A stretch of DNA of 64,000 nucleotides from Alphaproteobacteria bacterium (GTDB lineage: Bacteria; Pseudomonadota; Alphaproteobacteria; GCA-2731375), in NCBI GenBank assembly GCA_965232515.1, contig CBDDPY010000002.1:160001-224000 (forward strand), read 5' to 3'. Under the pieces are notes generated by a model. That model worked only from the letters and a program-made list of their open reading frames with translations, was not told the origin of the DNA and made no database searches. Each line of letters begins with the position of its first letter. Within the stretch, counting starts at the first letter, position 1. The position numbers were made by a program, and so were the translations under genes. This document shows, piece by piece, positions 50,292-60,220 of this stretch.

Positions 50292-52709
50292 TCAGCCGCG
50301 CATGCGTATGGCATCGGGATCGAACAGCGGCTTGGCGGCGTAACGGGCCGATCGTCGGTCGCCCAGGATTTCCACCTCGAACGATGCGTCGGCGTCGATG
50401 AGATCAGGCGGCAGGTAGGCGAGCGCGACGCTTTCGCCGACGTAATGCGCATAGCCGCCCGAGGTGACGAAGCCGACGACCTCGCCGTCGTGGAACACCG
50501 GCTCGTCGCCATAGACATCAGCGTCGTCGGCGTCCACGACCAGCGTCGCCAGTCGGCGTTTCGGTGGCGTGCCGCGTTGTTCCATCACGGCCGCGCGGCC
50601 GATGAAGTCGGCGTTGCGGTCGGTATCGACGAAACGGTCGAGACCCGCCTCGAACGCCGTGTAGTCCGGGGTGAAGTCGCGCATCCAGCTGCCGAAGCCT
50701 TTCTCCAAACGCAGCGAGTTGAGCGCCCGGCCGCCGAACGGACGCACGCCCAGATCGGCGCCGGCTTCCATCAGCGTGTCGTAGAGCGCCGCGTGCTGCG
50801 CGGCCGGCACATAGACCTCGTAACCCAGATCGCCGGTATACGAGACCCGGGCGACGATGGCGTTCGTCGGACCGACATCCACCTCGGCGATGCGGAAGAA
50901 CCGGAACGCCGCCTGCGACAGGTCCACGTTACAAAGCCGGGTCAGTAGTTCGCGCGAGGCCGGCCCGGCGACGGCGAAGCCGCCGAGCGCGCGGGTGACG
51001 CTTTGCACCTTGACGTCCTGATCGGGCAGCTGCTGCGCGAACCAGCGCAGATGAAACGCTTCGGCGATGCCGGAGCCGAAAATGAAGAACCGTTCTGGGC
51101 CCATGCGCGCGACCGTGAAGTCACCCATCAGCCGGCCCTTCGGGCTCAGCATCGGCGACAGCGACAGCCGGCCCTCCGCCGGCAGGCGGTTCGCCAGCAA
51201 GCGGTCGAGCCAGGCCTCGGCACCGGGCCCGGTGATCTCGTATTTCGCGTAGTTGCAGAGCTCGAGGATGCCGACGCCGTTGCGCACGGCGTGGCATTCC
51301 GCCGCCACCGGCTCGAAAGCGTTCGAGCGCCGGAAGGTCGGCGTCTCGACGGCCGTACCGCCATCGGGCGCGAACCACAGCGCATGCTCCAGCCCGAAGG
51401 CCGCGCCGTACACGGCGCCACGCCCGGCCAGCCGGTCGTAGGTCGGCGAGGTCTGGACCGGCCGTCCCGCCGGCAGTTCCTCGTTCGGGAAGGTAATGGT
51501 GAAGCGGCGGCGGTAGTTCTCGTAGACCTTGTCGTTGACGTAGCCCTTGGTCGCGTAGTCGCCGAAGCGGCTGACGTCCATGGCGAAGACGTCCATGCCG
51601 GGCTCGCCCTCGACGATCCATTCCGCGACCGACAGGCCGACGCCACCGCCCTGCGAGAAGCCCGCCATGACGCCGCAGGCCTGGAAGAAGTTCTTCAGCC
51701 CCGGCGTCGGGCCGATCAGCGGATTGCCGTCCGGCGCAAACACCATTGGTCCGTTGATGATCCGCTTGATGCCGGCCTCGGCGAGGCACGGATAGCGGTC
51801 GTAGGCGACGGCCAGATTGTCCATGATCCGATCGAGATCGGATTCCAGCAGTTCGTGGCCGAAGTCCGCCGGCGTGCCGTCGGCCGACCAAGCCCGGCAA
51901 CCCTGCTCGTAGGTGCCGATCAGGATGCCCTTGCCCTCCTGGCGCAGGTAGCTCTCGCCCTCGAAATCGATGGTGTGGGCCGCTTCCCGCTCCAACGCCG
52001 CGACCTCCGGTATGTCGTCGGTGACGAGGTATTGGTGCTCCATCGGCAGCACCGGCAGGTCGACGCCGGCGAGCTTGCCCACCTCGCGTGCCCACAGGCC
52101 GGCGGCATTAACCACGACCTCGGCTTCGATGGTGCCCTGTGGCGTTACCACCTGCCAGCCGCCGTCGGGCGTCGGGTTCAGTTCGATCACCGGCGTCTGG
52201 CGGTAGACCTCCGCGCCGGCCATTCGTGCGGCCTTGGCGTAGGCCTGGGTCACGCCGTTGGGGTCGACATGGCCGTCATTGGGATCGAACAGGGCGCCGG
52301 TCAGATTCGCCGTGTTGATCAGCGGATTGACTTTATGAACGTCGGCGAGATCGATGAATTCGAGATCCAGGCCCAGATAGCGCGCCTTGGCCCGTTCGGC
52401 CTTCAGGAAATCCAGGCGCTCGGGCGTTGCCGCCAGATACAGGCCGCCAGGCTGGTGCAGGCCGCAGGACTGGCCGCTGATCTCCTCGATCTCGTGATAA
52501 AGATCGATCGTATAGCCTTGAAGTTTCGAGATATTCGCGTCGCTGTTGAGCGTGTGCATGCCGCCGGCCGCATGCCAGGTCGAGCCGGCGGTCAGCTCGG
52601 TCCGTTCCACTAGTACGACGTCCTTCCAGCCGAGCTTGGTCAGGTGGTAGAGCACGCTGCAGCCGACCACCCCGCCGCCGATGACGGCAGCCTGCACCTG
52701 GGTATTCAT
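50292..52709 (-). CDS. Dimethylglycine/sarcosine dehydrogenase-like FAD + GcvT-domain protein
   Basis: IGGGVVG, LTAGSTWHAAG, PDGNPLIG, SYTGDLGYE, LRLEKG, VTSGGY. Confidence 0.92.
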   Translation of the reverse strand: MNTQVQAAVIGGGVVGCSVLYHLTKLGWKDVVLVERTELTAGSTWHAAGGMHTLNSDANISKLQGYTIDLYHEIEEISGQSCGLHQPGGLYLAATPERLDFLKAERAKARYLGLDLEFIDLADVHKVNPLINTANLTGALFDPNDGHVDPNGVTQAYAKAARMAGAEVYRQTPVIELNPTPDGGWQVVTPQGTIEAEVVVNAAGLWAREVGKLAGVDLPVLPMEHQYLVTDDIPEVAALEREAAHTIDFEGESYLRQEGKGILIGTYEQGCRAWSADGTPADFGHELLESDLDRIMDNLAVAYDRYPCLAEAGIKRIINGPMVFAPDGNPLIGPTPGLKNFFQACGVMAGFSQGGGVGLSVAEWIVEGEPGMDVFAMDVSRFGDYATKGYVNDKVYENYRRRFTITFPNEELPAGRPVQTSPTYDRLAGRGAVYGAAFGLEHALWFAPDGGTAVETPTFRRSNAFEPVAAECHAVRNGVGILELCNYAKYEITGPGAEAWLDRLLANRLPAEGRLSLSPMLSPKGRLMGDFTVARMGPERFFIFGSGIAEAFHLRWFAQQLPDQDVKVQSVTRALGGFAVAGPASRELLTRLCNVDLSQAAFRFFRIAEVDVGPTNAIVARVSYTGDLGYEVYVPAAQHAALYDTLMEAGADLGVRPFGGRALNSLRLEKGFGSWMRDFTPDYTAFEAGLDRFVDTDRNADFIGRAAVMEQRGTPPKRRLATLVVDADDADVYGDEPVFHDGEVVGFVTSGGYAHYVGESVALAYLPPDLIDADASFEVEILGDRRSARYAAKPLFDPDAIRMRG

Positions 52710-52846
52710 CCGGCCATTCTCCATCGATTACTGGTGCCGTGAAAGACGTTCAACTACCACGCCTACAGACACAATTTTTTGTTCCCGACACCTGCGATTT
52801 TGTGCCAAGGTTCCCGGTTAAAGGGCGTTAGGGATTGCGGAAAGCC

Positions 52847-53842
52847 ATGCTTGGAACCACGCCACGCGAACTGCCGCAACGCTTCGCGTTCGTCGTCATA
52901 CCTGATTTCACCATGATCGGCTTCACCGCGGCCGTGGACACGCTGCGGTTGGCGAATCTCTTCAGCGGACGCGAGCTCTACCGCTGGCACCTTGTGTCGC
53001 CGGACGGCCAGCCGGTCGTTGCCTCGAGCGGCATTCCGGTGCTGGTGGAAAGTGGCCTGGAACAGGCATCCGATGTGTCGGCGGTGGTCGTCTGCGGCGG
53101 TATCAACACGCACCGGTTCCACGACAAGGCGATGTTCGCTTGGCTGCGGCGCATGGCGCGCCGCGGCGCCGATATCGGCGCCGTTTGCACCGGCTGCCAT
53201 ATCCTGGCGGAGGCGGGGCTGCTCGATGGCTATCGCTGCACCATCCACTGGGAGAACCTGCCGGCCTTCACCGAACGCTTCCCCGATGTCGAGGTCACCT
53301 CGCGTCTGTTCGAGATCGACCGCAACCGCTTCACCTGTGCCGGCGGCACCGCGACCATCGACATGATGCTCGGTCTGATCGCCATCCAGCACGGCCACGA
53401 ACTGGCCGGCGAGATCGCCGAATCGATCATCCATGAGCGGATCCGCGAGCACGACGAGCATCAGCGCACCTCGCTGCCGGCGCGCCTCGGCGTCCGACAT
53501 CCGAAGCTGCTGGCGATCATCGACCTCATGGAGAAGAACCTGGAAGAGCCGCTGGAGCGCCACGAGCTTGCCGCCATCGCCGGCCTGTCGACGCGCCAGC
53601 TTGAGCGGTTGTTCCGGAAATATCTCGACCGTTCGCCGGCGCGCTACTATCTCGAACTGCGGCTGCACAAGGCCCGGCTGCTGCTGCTGCAGACCAATCT
53701 GTCGGTGATGAATGTGGCTTTGGCTTGCGGTTTCGTGTCGCCATCGCATTTCACCAAGTGCTACCGCGCCTTCTTCGGCCACACGCCTTATCGCGAGCGC
53801 GGCGTGCCGAACGCCAAGCTGAAGGCGCTGGCCGGCGAGTAG
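52847..53842 (+). CDS. GlxA/GbdR-family AraC regulator
   Basis: DJ-1-like domain (GAVCTG, TIHWE, TCAGG) plus AraC HTH (LSTRQLERLF, ACGF..HF). Confidence 0.93.
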   Translation: MLGTTPRELPQRFAFVVIPDFTMIGFTAAVDTLRLANLFSGRELYRWHLVSPDGQPVVASSGIPVLVESGLEQASDVSAVVVCGGINTHRFHDKAMFAWLRRMARRGADIGAVCTGCHILAEAGLLDGYRCTIHWENLPAFTERFPDVEVTSRLFEIDRNRFTCAGGTATIDMMLGLIAIQHGHELAGEIAESIIHERIREHDEHQRTSLPARLGVRHPKLLAIIDLMEKNLEEPLERHELAAIAGLSTRQLERLFRKYLDRSPARYYLELRLHKARLLLLQTNLSVMNVALACGFVSPSHFTKCYRAFFGHTPYRERGVPNAKLKALAGE

Positions 53843-53847
53843 ATCGT

Positions 53848-54789
53848 CTAACCATCGACCGCAAAGCCGACACCGTCGTCGGCCATGGTGAAGGCGCCGT
53901 CGGCGACGGCGTCCGCCCAGGCCGTTGTGCGCGCTAGACCGCCGAGCGAATAGACGTGCGCCTTGACGATTCCACAGTCCGGGTCCTCGGCCCGATAGGC
54001 CGCCAGCGCGGTCACCATCCGGTCCGGCGCGGTGACCGTCAGCAGCTTGGCGATGCGGCTCGTCTGCCGGGTCAGCATGCGCATCGACGGGCCGATGCCG
54101 CAGGACCGGGCGAAGCTCAACAGCGTCCGCAGCTTGGCCGGACCGGGAATGCCGACATGGATCGGCAGCCCGTTGCCGGCGGCGCGGATGGCCTTGTCCC
54201 AAGCGATGATCGGGCCGGCGTCGAAGCAGAACTGGCTGACGATGTGGAACGCGGCATCGCTCCGCGCCGCGAATGCGTTCTTCCAGGCCAGCGCCTCGGC
54301 CACCGCGTCGGAGCTGATGTCCGGTGTCCCTTCGGGATGCCCGGCGATGCCGATCCGATCGATGCCGTATCGGTCCAGCAACCCGGTCTCCAGCAGCTGC
54401 ATCGAGGACTGGTAGGCGCCGATTGGCTGGCCAGCGCCACCGGCAATGACCAGCACTTCCCGAACGCCGGCCTCGTCCCGCAGGCGCTTCAGGCCTGTCT
54501 CAAATTCATTCCGGTCGACGATGGCGCGGGCCGCCAGGTGCGGCGCGGGCTCGAAACCCTCGGCGCGCAGCCGGACGGCGGTGTCCACGGTCTCGGCAAA
54601 CCGCGTGCCCGGCAGGAACGTGACGTTGACCGTCGTGCCCAGTCGCACGTGTGCCCGATAGTCGGCGATCTTTTCGGCCTGGTGCGGCGTTGTTTCCGTG
54701 CTGTAGCCGCGCATGAAGGCGACGATCTGCGCCTTGCGTGACAGGCCGGAATCGGCGGGGGTAAGGCTTGGTGTGACGGCGAACGACAT
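53848..54789 (-). CDS. metF: Methylenetetrahydrofolate reductase-like protein
   Basis: PHLAAR, VLVIAG, GHPEG, SQFCFD, HVGIPGP, HVYSLG. Confidence 0.78.
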   Translation of the reverse strand: MSFAVTPSLTPADSGLSRKAQIVAFMRGYSTETTPHQAEKIADYRAHVRLGTTVNVTFLPGTRFAETVDTAVRLRAEGFEPAPHLAARAIVDRNEFETGLKRLRDEAGVREVLVIAGGAGQPIGAYQSSMQLLETGLLDRYGIDRIGIAGHPEGTPDISSDAVAEALAWKNAFAARSDAAFHIVSQFCFDAGPIIAWDKAIRAAGNGLPIHVGIPGPAKLRTLLSFARSCGIGPSMRMLTRQTSRIAKLLTVTAPDRMVTALAAYRAEDPDCGIVKAHVYSLGGLARTTAWADAVADGAFTMADDGVGFAVDG

Positions 54790-54856
54790 GAGGCGAGCCT
54801 CGGCTATCGTGCCGCAACGAACTGGCTTGGCAGCGACCTCTATCTGTTGGATTGCG

Positions 54857-55594
54857 TCAGGCGCCCAGGCGGTGGGCGTAGAGGCGTTGGTAGTGCGGCA
54901 GGCTGGCCTTGGCCAGCGCTTCGAGCGTGTCGCTCAGCTCGGGCTCGCGCGGCCGGTAGGGCGCGAAGCCAGTCGAGGATTCGACCGCTGCGTACCAGTG
55001 CTCGGCCCACACCCCGTCCGAGTGACGCCGTCCCGGCGGCCAGGACAGCATGGCCTCGGTGAACGGCACCTCCAGCGCCACGCAGAGGAGAGAAAGTAGG
55101 CGTTTCGGATCCTGCAGCACGTCGCGGGCGTCCAGCACCGGCGGGATCCGGCCGGTGCGGGCGGCCACCGCGTCAAAGATCTCGGCCTGCTGGTGCATGC
55201 CAATATCGTCCAGCGTCACATCGGTCCGCTTCGCCGCGTAGGACGCCAGCACCTCGCGTGGATCGCGGATGAGGAAGCAGTTCGCGACGCCGTCGAGCCA
55301 GCCCCGGTCGATCTCGGGCAGCTGATGGTGCGTCATGTGCTTCTGATAGAAGATCCGGCGGCCGTCGGGGACCGGTCCCACGGCCATTTCAGCGACCTTG
55401 CGCCAGTCGGTCTCGCCGGCGGCGATTACGTCGGCCGCCATCGGGTGCGCGAGGCGAGTCGCTGCCAGGTAGTAAGCATAAAACGGCTCATCCCAGACCG
55501 CCGTGTCGGGCCGGTTTTCCCAGGCGCGCATCATCGCCGTCGAGATATTGCGCGGTCCCGACCACATGGCGATGCGCAACGGCGCATCCGACAT
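54857..55594 (-). CDS. Sulfotransferase-like P-loop protein
   Basis: Start MSDAP; IAMWSGPRNISTAMMR, DEPFY, YQKHM, FLIRDP, MLSW, DGVWA.HWY..V..STGF. Confidence 0.82.
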   Translation of the reverse strand: MSDAPLRIAMWSGPRNISTAMMRAWENRPDTAVWDEPFYAYYLAATRLAHPMAADVIAAGETDWRKVAEMAVGPVPDGRRIFYQKHMTHHQLPEIDRGWLDGVANCFLIRDPREVLASYAAKRTDVTLDDIGMHQQAEIFDAVAARTGRIPPVLDARDVLQDPKRLLSLLCVALEVPFTEAMLSWPPGRRHSDGVWAEHWYAAVESSTGFAPYRPREPELSDTLEALAKASLPHYQRLYAHRLGA

Positions 55595-55605
55595 TGGCTT
55601 GGCCC

Positions 55606-56769
55606 TCAGCCGACGCCGAGCAGGCGTTCGACGAAGTCGAGCTGGATGCGAGTCGCGTCGACCAGCTCCGATATCGGCACCGACTCGTTGGCCGCGTGCC
55701 CTTCGTCGCCGCTGCCCGGCCCGAAGTTGATGATTTCGATTCCGTCGTCGGCGAAATAACGCCCATCGCTGACGCCGACCGCGTTCAGGAACTTTGCCGG
55801 CGCACCCAGCTGCGCCTCCACGGCCTGGCTCAGGGCGGTCACGGCGGGGCCGTCCGCCGGGGCCGTGAAACCGTTGGTGCCGGTCAGGAACGTTACCTCC
55901 ACGCTGCCGGCCGGCTCGCCCGCGCCCTCGACGATGTCCTTCAGTTCGGCGAAGGCGTCCTCGACCTTGGTGTCCGGCAACAGCCGGCAATCGATCTCAA
56001 CCGTGCAGCTGCTCGGCACCGCGTTGGTGTTGTGGCCGCCGCGGATCAGGCCGATGTTCATGGTCGCCTGCTTGTCGCCGGCCACCCGCTCTGCCAGCTT
56101 CGGCGCCAGTTCGGCTTCGATCCGGTTGATCACCCGGACCATGCGCAGGACGGCGCTGTCGCCGGCAGCCGGGTTGCCGGCGTGCGCCGACCGGCCGCTG
56201 GTGTCGATCCGCGCCCACATCACGCCGCGCTCCTCGGTGATCAGTTGGTTGCTGGTCTGCGCGCCCAGCACCAGCATGTCCGGCTTCACCTTGCCGATCT
56301 CGCGCAGATAGCTGAGCCCGTCCTCGCCGAGGCGCTCTTCGTCGCCTACGAAGGTAAAAACCAGCGTGCCGGTTTTGGGTCCGCCGCGCCGCGCGATCTC
56401 CTCGGCCAGCCAGATCTGCGTCGCCATGGAGCCCTTGCAATTGCCGGCCCCGAGCCCGTAGATCCGGCCGTCCCGGATATCGGCCTGAAACGGGTCGCTA
56501 TCCCACTTCGCCGCCTCATCGATGCCGACCGTGTCGACATGGGCGTTGAAGACCAGCGCCGGTGACCCCTGGCCCAGGCTGGCGACGACGTTGTCGACGT
56601 CTTTGATGCGCGCCAGCACCTCGGTCTCGTAGCCGGCGGCGCGCATGCAGTCTGCGGCATAGGCGCAGATTTTCGTGCTGTCGCCGGGCGGATAGGCCGA
56701 CGGGATGGCGATCAGGTCCGACAGGATGCCGGTCAGTCGGTCGGCCAGGGCCGCGTCATCGATACTCAT
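55606..56769 (-). CDS. M20 metallopeptidase (ArgE/DapE-like)
   Basis: NAHVDTV, IYGLGAGNCKG, GDEE, GRSAHAG, GGHNTNAVP, GHAANE. Confidence 0.88.
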   Translation of the reverse strand: MSIDDAALADRLTGILSDLIAIPSAYPPGDSTKICAYAADCMRAAGYETEVLARIKDVDNVVASLGQGSPALVFNAHVDTVGIDEAAKWDSDPFQADIRDGRIYGLGAGNCKGSMATQIWLAEEIARRGGPKTGTLVFTFVGDEERLGEDGLSYLREIGKVKPDMLVLGAQTSNQLITEERGVMWARIDTSGRSAHAGNPAAGDSAVLRMVRVINRIEAELAPKLAERVAGDKQATMNIGLIRGGHNTNAVPSSCTVEIDCRLLPDTKVEDAFAELKDIVEGAGEPAGSVEVTFLTGTNGFTAPADGPAVTALSQAVEAQLGAPAKFLNAVGVSDGRYFADDGIEIINFGPGSGDEGHAANESVPISELVDATRIQLDFVERLLGVG

Positions 56770-58025
56770 GCGTCACCATTGGCAAGATCGACCAGCAGCG
56801 CCGCCAGCACCCGCGTGCCGGCCGCCAGATCGTCTGGCGTTGCGCTCTCGGCCTCGTTGTGGCTGATGCCCTTTTCGCAGGGTACGAAGATCATGCCGGT
56901 CGGGCAGACCTCTGCCATGTACTGCGCGTCGTGACCGGCGCCCGAGAACATGTCCATGCAGCTCAGTTCGAGCTGCCGCGCCTGCCCGCCGACCCGCTCG
57001 ACCATGGCACGCGAAAAGTGCGTCGGCGAAGTGTCACGCGTTTTCGTGACGGTCACGGCGCAGCCGCGCGCATGCGCCTGGCAGACGGCGTCGACCTGGC
57101 CGCCGAGCCGGTCCAGCACGTCCTGTTCGGGATGCCGGAAGTCGATGGTGAAGAAGACCCGGCCCGGCACCGTGTTCGGCGAGCCCGGCTCGACCTCGAA
57201 GCGGCCGATGGTGAAGCGTACGGTGTCCGTATCATCGGCCATTAGCTCTTCCAGCGCGCCGACCATCTCGGCGGCGGCTTTGAGGGCGTCCTTGCGCTGC
57301 TTCAACGGCGTGGTGCCGGCGTGCGCTTCTTCGCCAACGACTTCGATGGCGAACCACTTCGAGCCCTGGATGCCGGTTACCGCGCCGATGGTGGTGCCGC
57401 TGTTTTCGAGCCGGGGCCCCTGTTCGATATGCGCTTCGACATAGGCCGCGACCGGATAGCCCGACTCGATCCGCCGCAGATCGGGCAGGGCGGAGAAGGT
57501 AGCGTCGAGCGCCGTGCCGAAGCGCGCGCCGTCGCTGCCGACGACGTCCTGTAGCTCGGCCAGTTTCATGTCGCGGACGAACACGGCCGAGCCCATGCAG
57601 CCCGGCTGAAAGCGGCTGCCTTCCTCGTTGGTCCAGGCGACGACCTCGATCGGTCGCTTGGTGGTAAGGCCGGTGCGCTCGATCGCCTCCAGCGCCTCGA
57701 AGCCGGCGAGCACGCCATAGGCGCCGTCGAACTTACCGCCGGTCGGCTGGCTGTCGAGATGGCTGCCGGTCATCACCGGCGGGGTATCTGCGTCGCTGCC
57801 GGCGCGGCGCACATAGAGGTTGCCGATCTCATCGATCGCCACCGTAAAGCCCAGCGCGTCGGCCCAGCTCGCCAGCAGGCGGCGCGCCTCGTTGTCCTCC
57901 GGCGACAGCGCCTGCCGGTTCACGCCGCCCTTGGGCGTGGCGCCGAGTTTCGCCATGTCCATCAGCCGCTGCCAGAGCCGGTCGCGGTCTACCCCTGCGG
58001 CGGCGTTCGAGATGTCAGCGTTCAT
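56766..58025 (-). CDS. N-carbamoyl-amino-acid / allantoate amidohydrolase family (M20)
   Basis: Start MNADIS; GSHLDSQPTGGKFDG, NEEGSRF, EAHIEQGP, HAGTTP, GAGHDA, SHNEAE. Confidence 0.92.
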   Translation of the reverse strand: MNADISNAAAGVDRDRLWQRLMDMAKLGATPKGGVNRQALSPEDNEARRLLASWADALGFTVAIDEIGNLYVRRAGSDADTPPVMTGSHLDSQPTGGKFDGAYGVLAGFEALEAIERTGLTTKRPIEVVAWTNEEGSRFQPGCMGSAVFVRDMKLAELQDVVGSDGARFGTALDATFSALPDLRRIESGYPVAAYVEAHIEQGPRLENSGTTIGAVTGIQGSKWFAIEVVGEEAHAGTTPLKQRKDALKAAAEMVGALEELMADDTDTVRFTIGRFEVEPGSPNTVPGRVFFTIDFRHPEQDVLDRLGGQVDAVCQAHARGCAVTVTKTRDTSPTHFSRAMVERVGGQARQLELSCMDMFSGAGHDAQYMAEVCPTGMIFVPCEKGISHNEAESATPDDLAAGTRVLAALLVDLANGDA

Positions 58026-58277
58026 GTATTCCGACCCTGTTTTTCGTCGTTGGTTTCGGCGTCGCCGCGCGCCGCCATCCCTGTTCATAAACTGCCGCGG
58101 CGGCGCTGAAAACCACTGTCGTCGCTGCCCAGAAATTACGCAACTGCCCACGTCGGCGGCACAGCCAACGCCGATCCGCAACTCTGCTGTGGCGTCGCGA
58201 GGATGCTGCCCATAAGGTGGATGGTGGTTCGGGCCTGCTTCAACGCTGATCAATAACAGTTGTGAGGGAGGATCGAC

Positions 58278-59579
58278 ATGACATCTGACGATATCGCGGC
58301 CAAATTGCCGGATCTGGAGCGGGCCGCTGCCGGTGGTCTGTTGCACCGCCGCGCGTTGCTTGCCGGCGGTGCGCTCGCGACGGGCGCTATCGCGCTGCCG
58401 TCCACGGCCGCCGTCGCCGGTGCCGTCGGACCGGCCCAGCCGGAATCGATGCGCATACCCGGCGCGCCGTTTCGTGGCTACGGCCAGCCGTCGCGGTTCG
58501 AGGCCGAGGTGGCGCGCGGCATCCTCAAGCCCTACGGCGACCTGTCGCCGGGCGCCGGCGTCTCGATGACGCCGTTGCAGAACCTGAGCGGTACCATCAC
58601 GCCCAATGGCTTGTTCTTCAACCGCAGCCACAACGGCGTCCCCGACATCGATCCGGCGGCGCACCAGATCCTGATCCACGGTCTGGTCGAACGCCCGCTG
58701 AAATTCAGCATGGATGCGCTGATGCGCTATCCCATGGTCTCGCAGATCTGCTTCATCGAGTGCTCGGGCAACAGCTTCTTCAACAGCAACCTGTTTCCGG
58801 AGCCGATGCAGATGCCCGTCGGCATGATCCATGGGCTCGTATCCGCCGCCGAGTGGACGGGCATCCCGCTGGCGACCCTGCTGGACGAAGCCGGCGTGAA
58901 GCCCGAGGCCGGGTGGATCCTGGCCGAGGGCGCCGACGCGGCGGGCATGAGCCGCAGCATTCCGATCGACAAGGCGCTCGATGACGCCATGATCGCCCTC
59001 TACCAGAACGGCGAGCGCATCCGGCCTGAGCAGGGCTATCCGGTGCGGCTGATGCTGCCGGGCTATGAAGGCAACATGAGCGTCAAATGGCTGCGGCGCG
59101 TCAAGCTGACGGCCCAGCCGACGCATACCAAGGACGAGACCTCGAAATACACCGACCTGATGCCGGACGGAAAAGCGCGTCAGTTCACCTATCCCATGGA
59201 CGTGAAATCGGTGATCACACGGCCCGCGACCGGTCTGGCCATGCAGGGGGCAGGCTTCTACGAGGTGTCGGGGCTGGCCTGGACCGGCCACGGCCGCATC
59301 GCCAGGGTCGAGATCTCGGCCGATGGCGGCGCCAGCTGGGCCGAGGCCGCCTTGAGCGAGCCGAACCTGCCCCATGCCCTGGTGCGCTTCAGCCTGCCCT
59401 GGCAGTGGGAGGGCGGTCCGGTCGTCCTGATGAGCCGGGCGACGGACGAGAAGGGCAACGTGCAGCCGACCCGCGCCGACTGGTCGGCGCAATACGCCGC
59501 CGGCCAGCTCTATCACTGCAACGCGATCCAAAGCTGGAGCATCGCCGCCGACGGGGAGATCAAGAATGTCTATGTCTGA
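58278..59579 (+). CDS. soxC: Sulfite oxidase-family molybdoprotein, SoxC-like
   Basis: Tat motif HRRALL, ITPNGLFF, FIECSGN (Moco Cys), RPEQGYPVRL, PGYEGNMSVKWL, SRATDE. Confidence 0.85.
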   Translation: MTSDDIAAKLPDLERAAAGGLLHRRALLAGGALATGAIALPSTAAVAGAVGPAQPESMRIPGAPFRGYGQPSRFEAEVARGILKPYGDLSPGAGVSMTPLQNLSGTITPNGLFFNRSHNGVPDIDPAAHQILIHGLVERPLKFSMDALMRYPMVSQICFIECSGNSFFNSNLFPEPMQMPVGMIHGLVSAAEWTGIPLATLLDEAGVKPEAGWILAEGADAAGMSRSIPIDKALDDAMIALYQNGERIRPEQGYPVRLMLPGYEGNMSVKWLRRVKLTAQPTHTKDETSKYTDLMPDGKARQFTYPMDVKSVITRPATGLAMQGAGFYEVSGLAWTGHGRIARVEISADGGASWAEAALSEPNLPHALVRFSLPWQWEGGPVVLMSRATDEKGNVQPTRADWSAQYAAGQLYHCNAIQSWSIAADGEIKNVYV

Positions 59580-60102
59580 TCGCGTTATCGCCGCCGGCAT
59601 CGCCGCGGTGCTGCTGTCGGGGCCTGCCTGGGCCGGCCCCGGCCTGGGCCAGCCGGCGACGCCAGAGGAAGTTGCCGCCTGGGATATCAGCATCGGGCCG
59701 GATGGGGCCGGCCTGCCCCCGGGCGGCGGCACCGCCAAGCAAGGCGCCGTCGTCTATGAAGCCAAATGCCTCTCGTGCCACGGCGAGGGCGGGGCAGGCG
59801 GCGAAAACCTTGCGGATCCCCTGGTCGGTGGCATCGGTTCGCTGGCGAGCGCGCAGCCGGTGAAGACGGTCGGCAGCTTCTGGCCCCACGCCACCACGCT
59901 GTTCGACTATATCCGGCGGGCAATGCCCTACGACGCGCCGCTGTCGCTGACCGATGATGAAGTCTATGCCGTCAGCGCCTACGTGCTCTGGCGCAACGAC
60001 GGCATCGTCGGCGAGGACGAGGTGTTGAACGCCGAGACGCTGCGCCGCGTGAAGATGCCGAACCGCGACGGCTTCGTGCCCTACTGGCCGCCGCCGAAGT
60101 AG
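59572..60102 (+). CDS. soxD: Monoheme cytochrome c, SoxD-like
   Basis: AWDISIGPDG, CLSCH, KTVGSFWP, DYIRRAMP, MPNRDGF. Confidence 0.82.
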   Translation: MSDRVIAAGIAAVLLSGPAWAGPGLGQPATPEEVAAWDISIGPDGAGLPPGGGTAKQGAVVYEAKCLSCHGEGGAGGENLADPLVGGIGSLASAQPVKTVGSFWPHATTLFDYIRRAMPYDAPLSLTDDEVYAVSAYVLWRNDGIVGEDEVLNAETLRRVKMPNRDGFVPYWPPPK

Positions 60103-60113
60103 ATCTCGGTGCC

Positions 60114-60140
60114 GGGTGGCGGAGCCGGCCTCCGCCACCC
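60114..60140 (+). terminator. Stem-loop after the soxD-like gene
   Basis: gggtggcggag-ccggc-ctccgccaccc, 11-bp stem, no clear U-tract. Confidence 0.55.
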
Positions 60141-60220
60141 ATCGCGTCTTCTGCCGCCAATGGACTCTGCTCGGACACGCCACTAGGCTTTCGACCCAAG
60201 GCGAGGCGACAGGGACGACG

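Noticed and set aside
52793-52808. Sigma54-like TGGCAC..TCGC on the minus strand upstream of the DMGDH-like gene
   Set aside because: GG-to-GC spacing is 9 nt rather than the required 10.
56766-59738. 990-aa ORF suggesting a giant amidohydrolase fusion
   Set aside because: The N-terminal part is antisense to soxC/soxD; the real gene starts near 58025.
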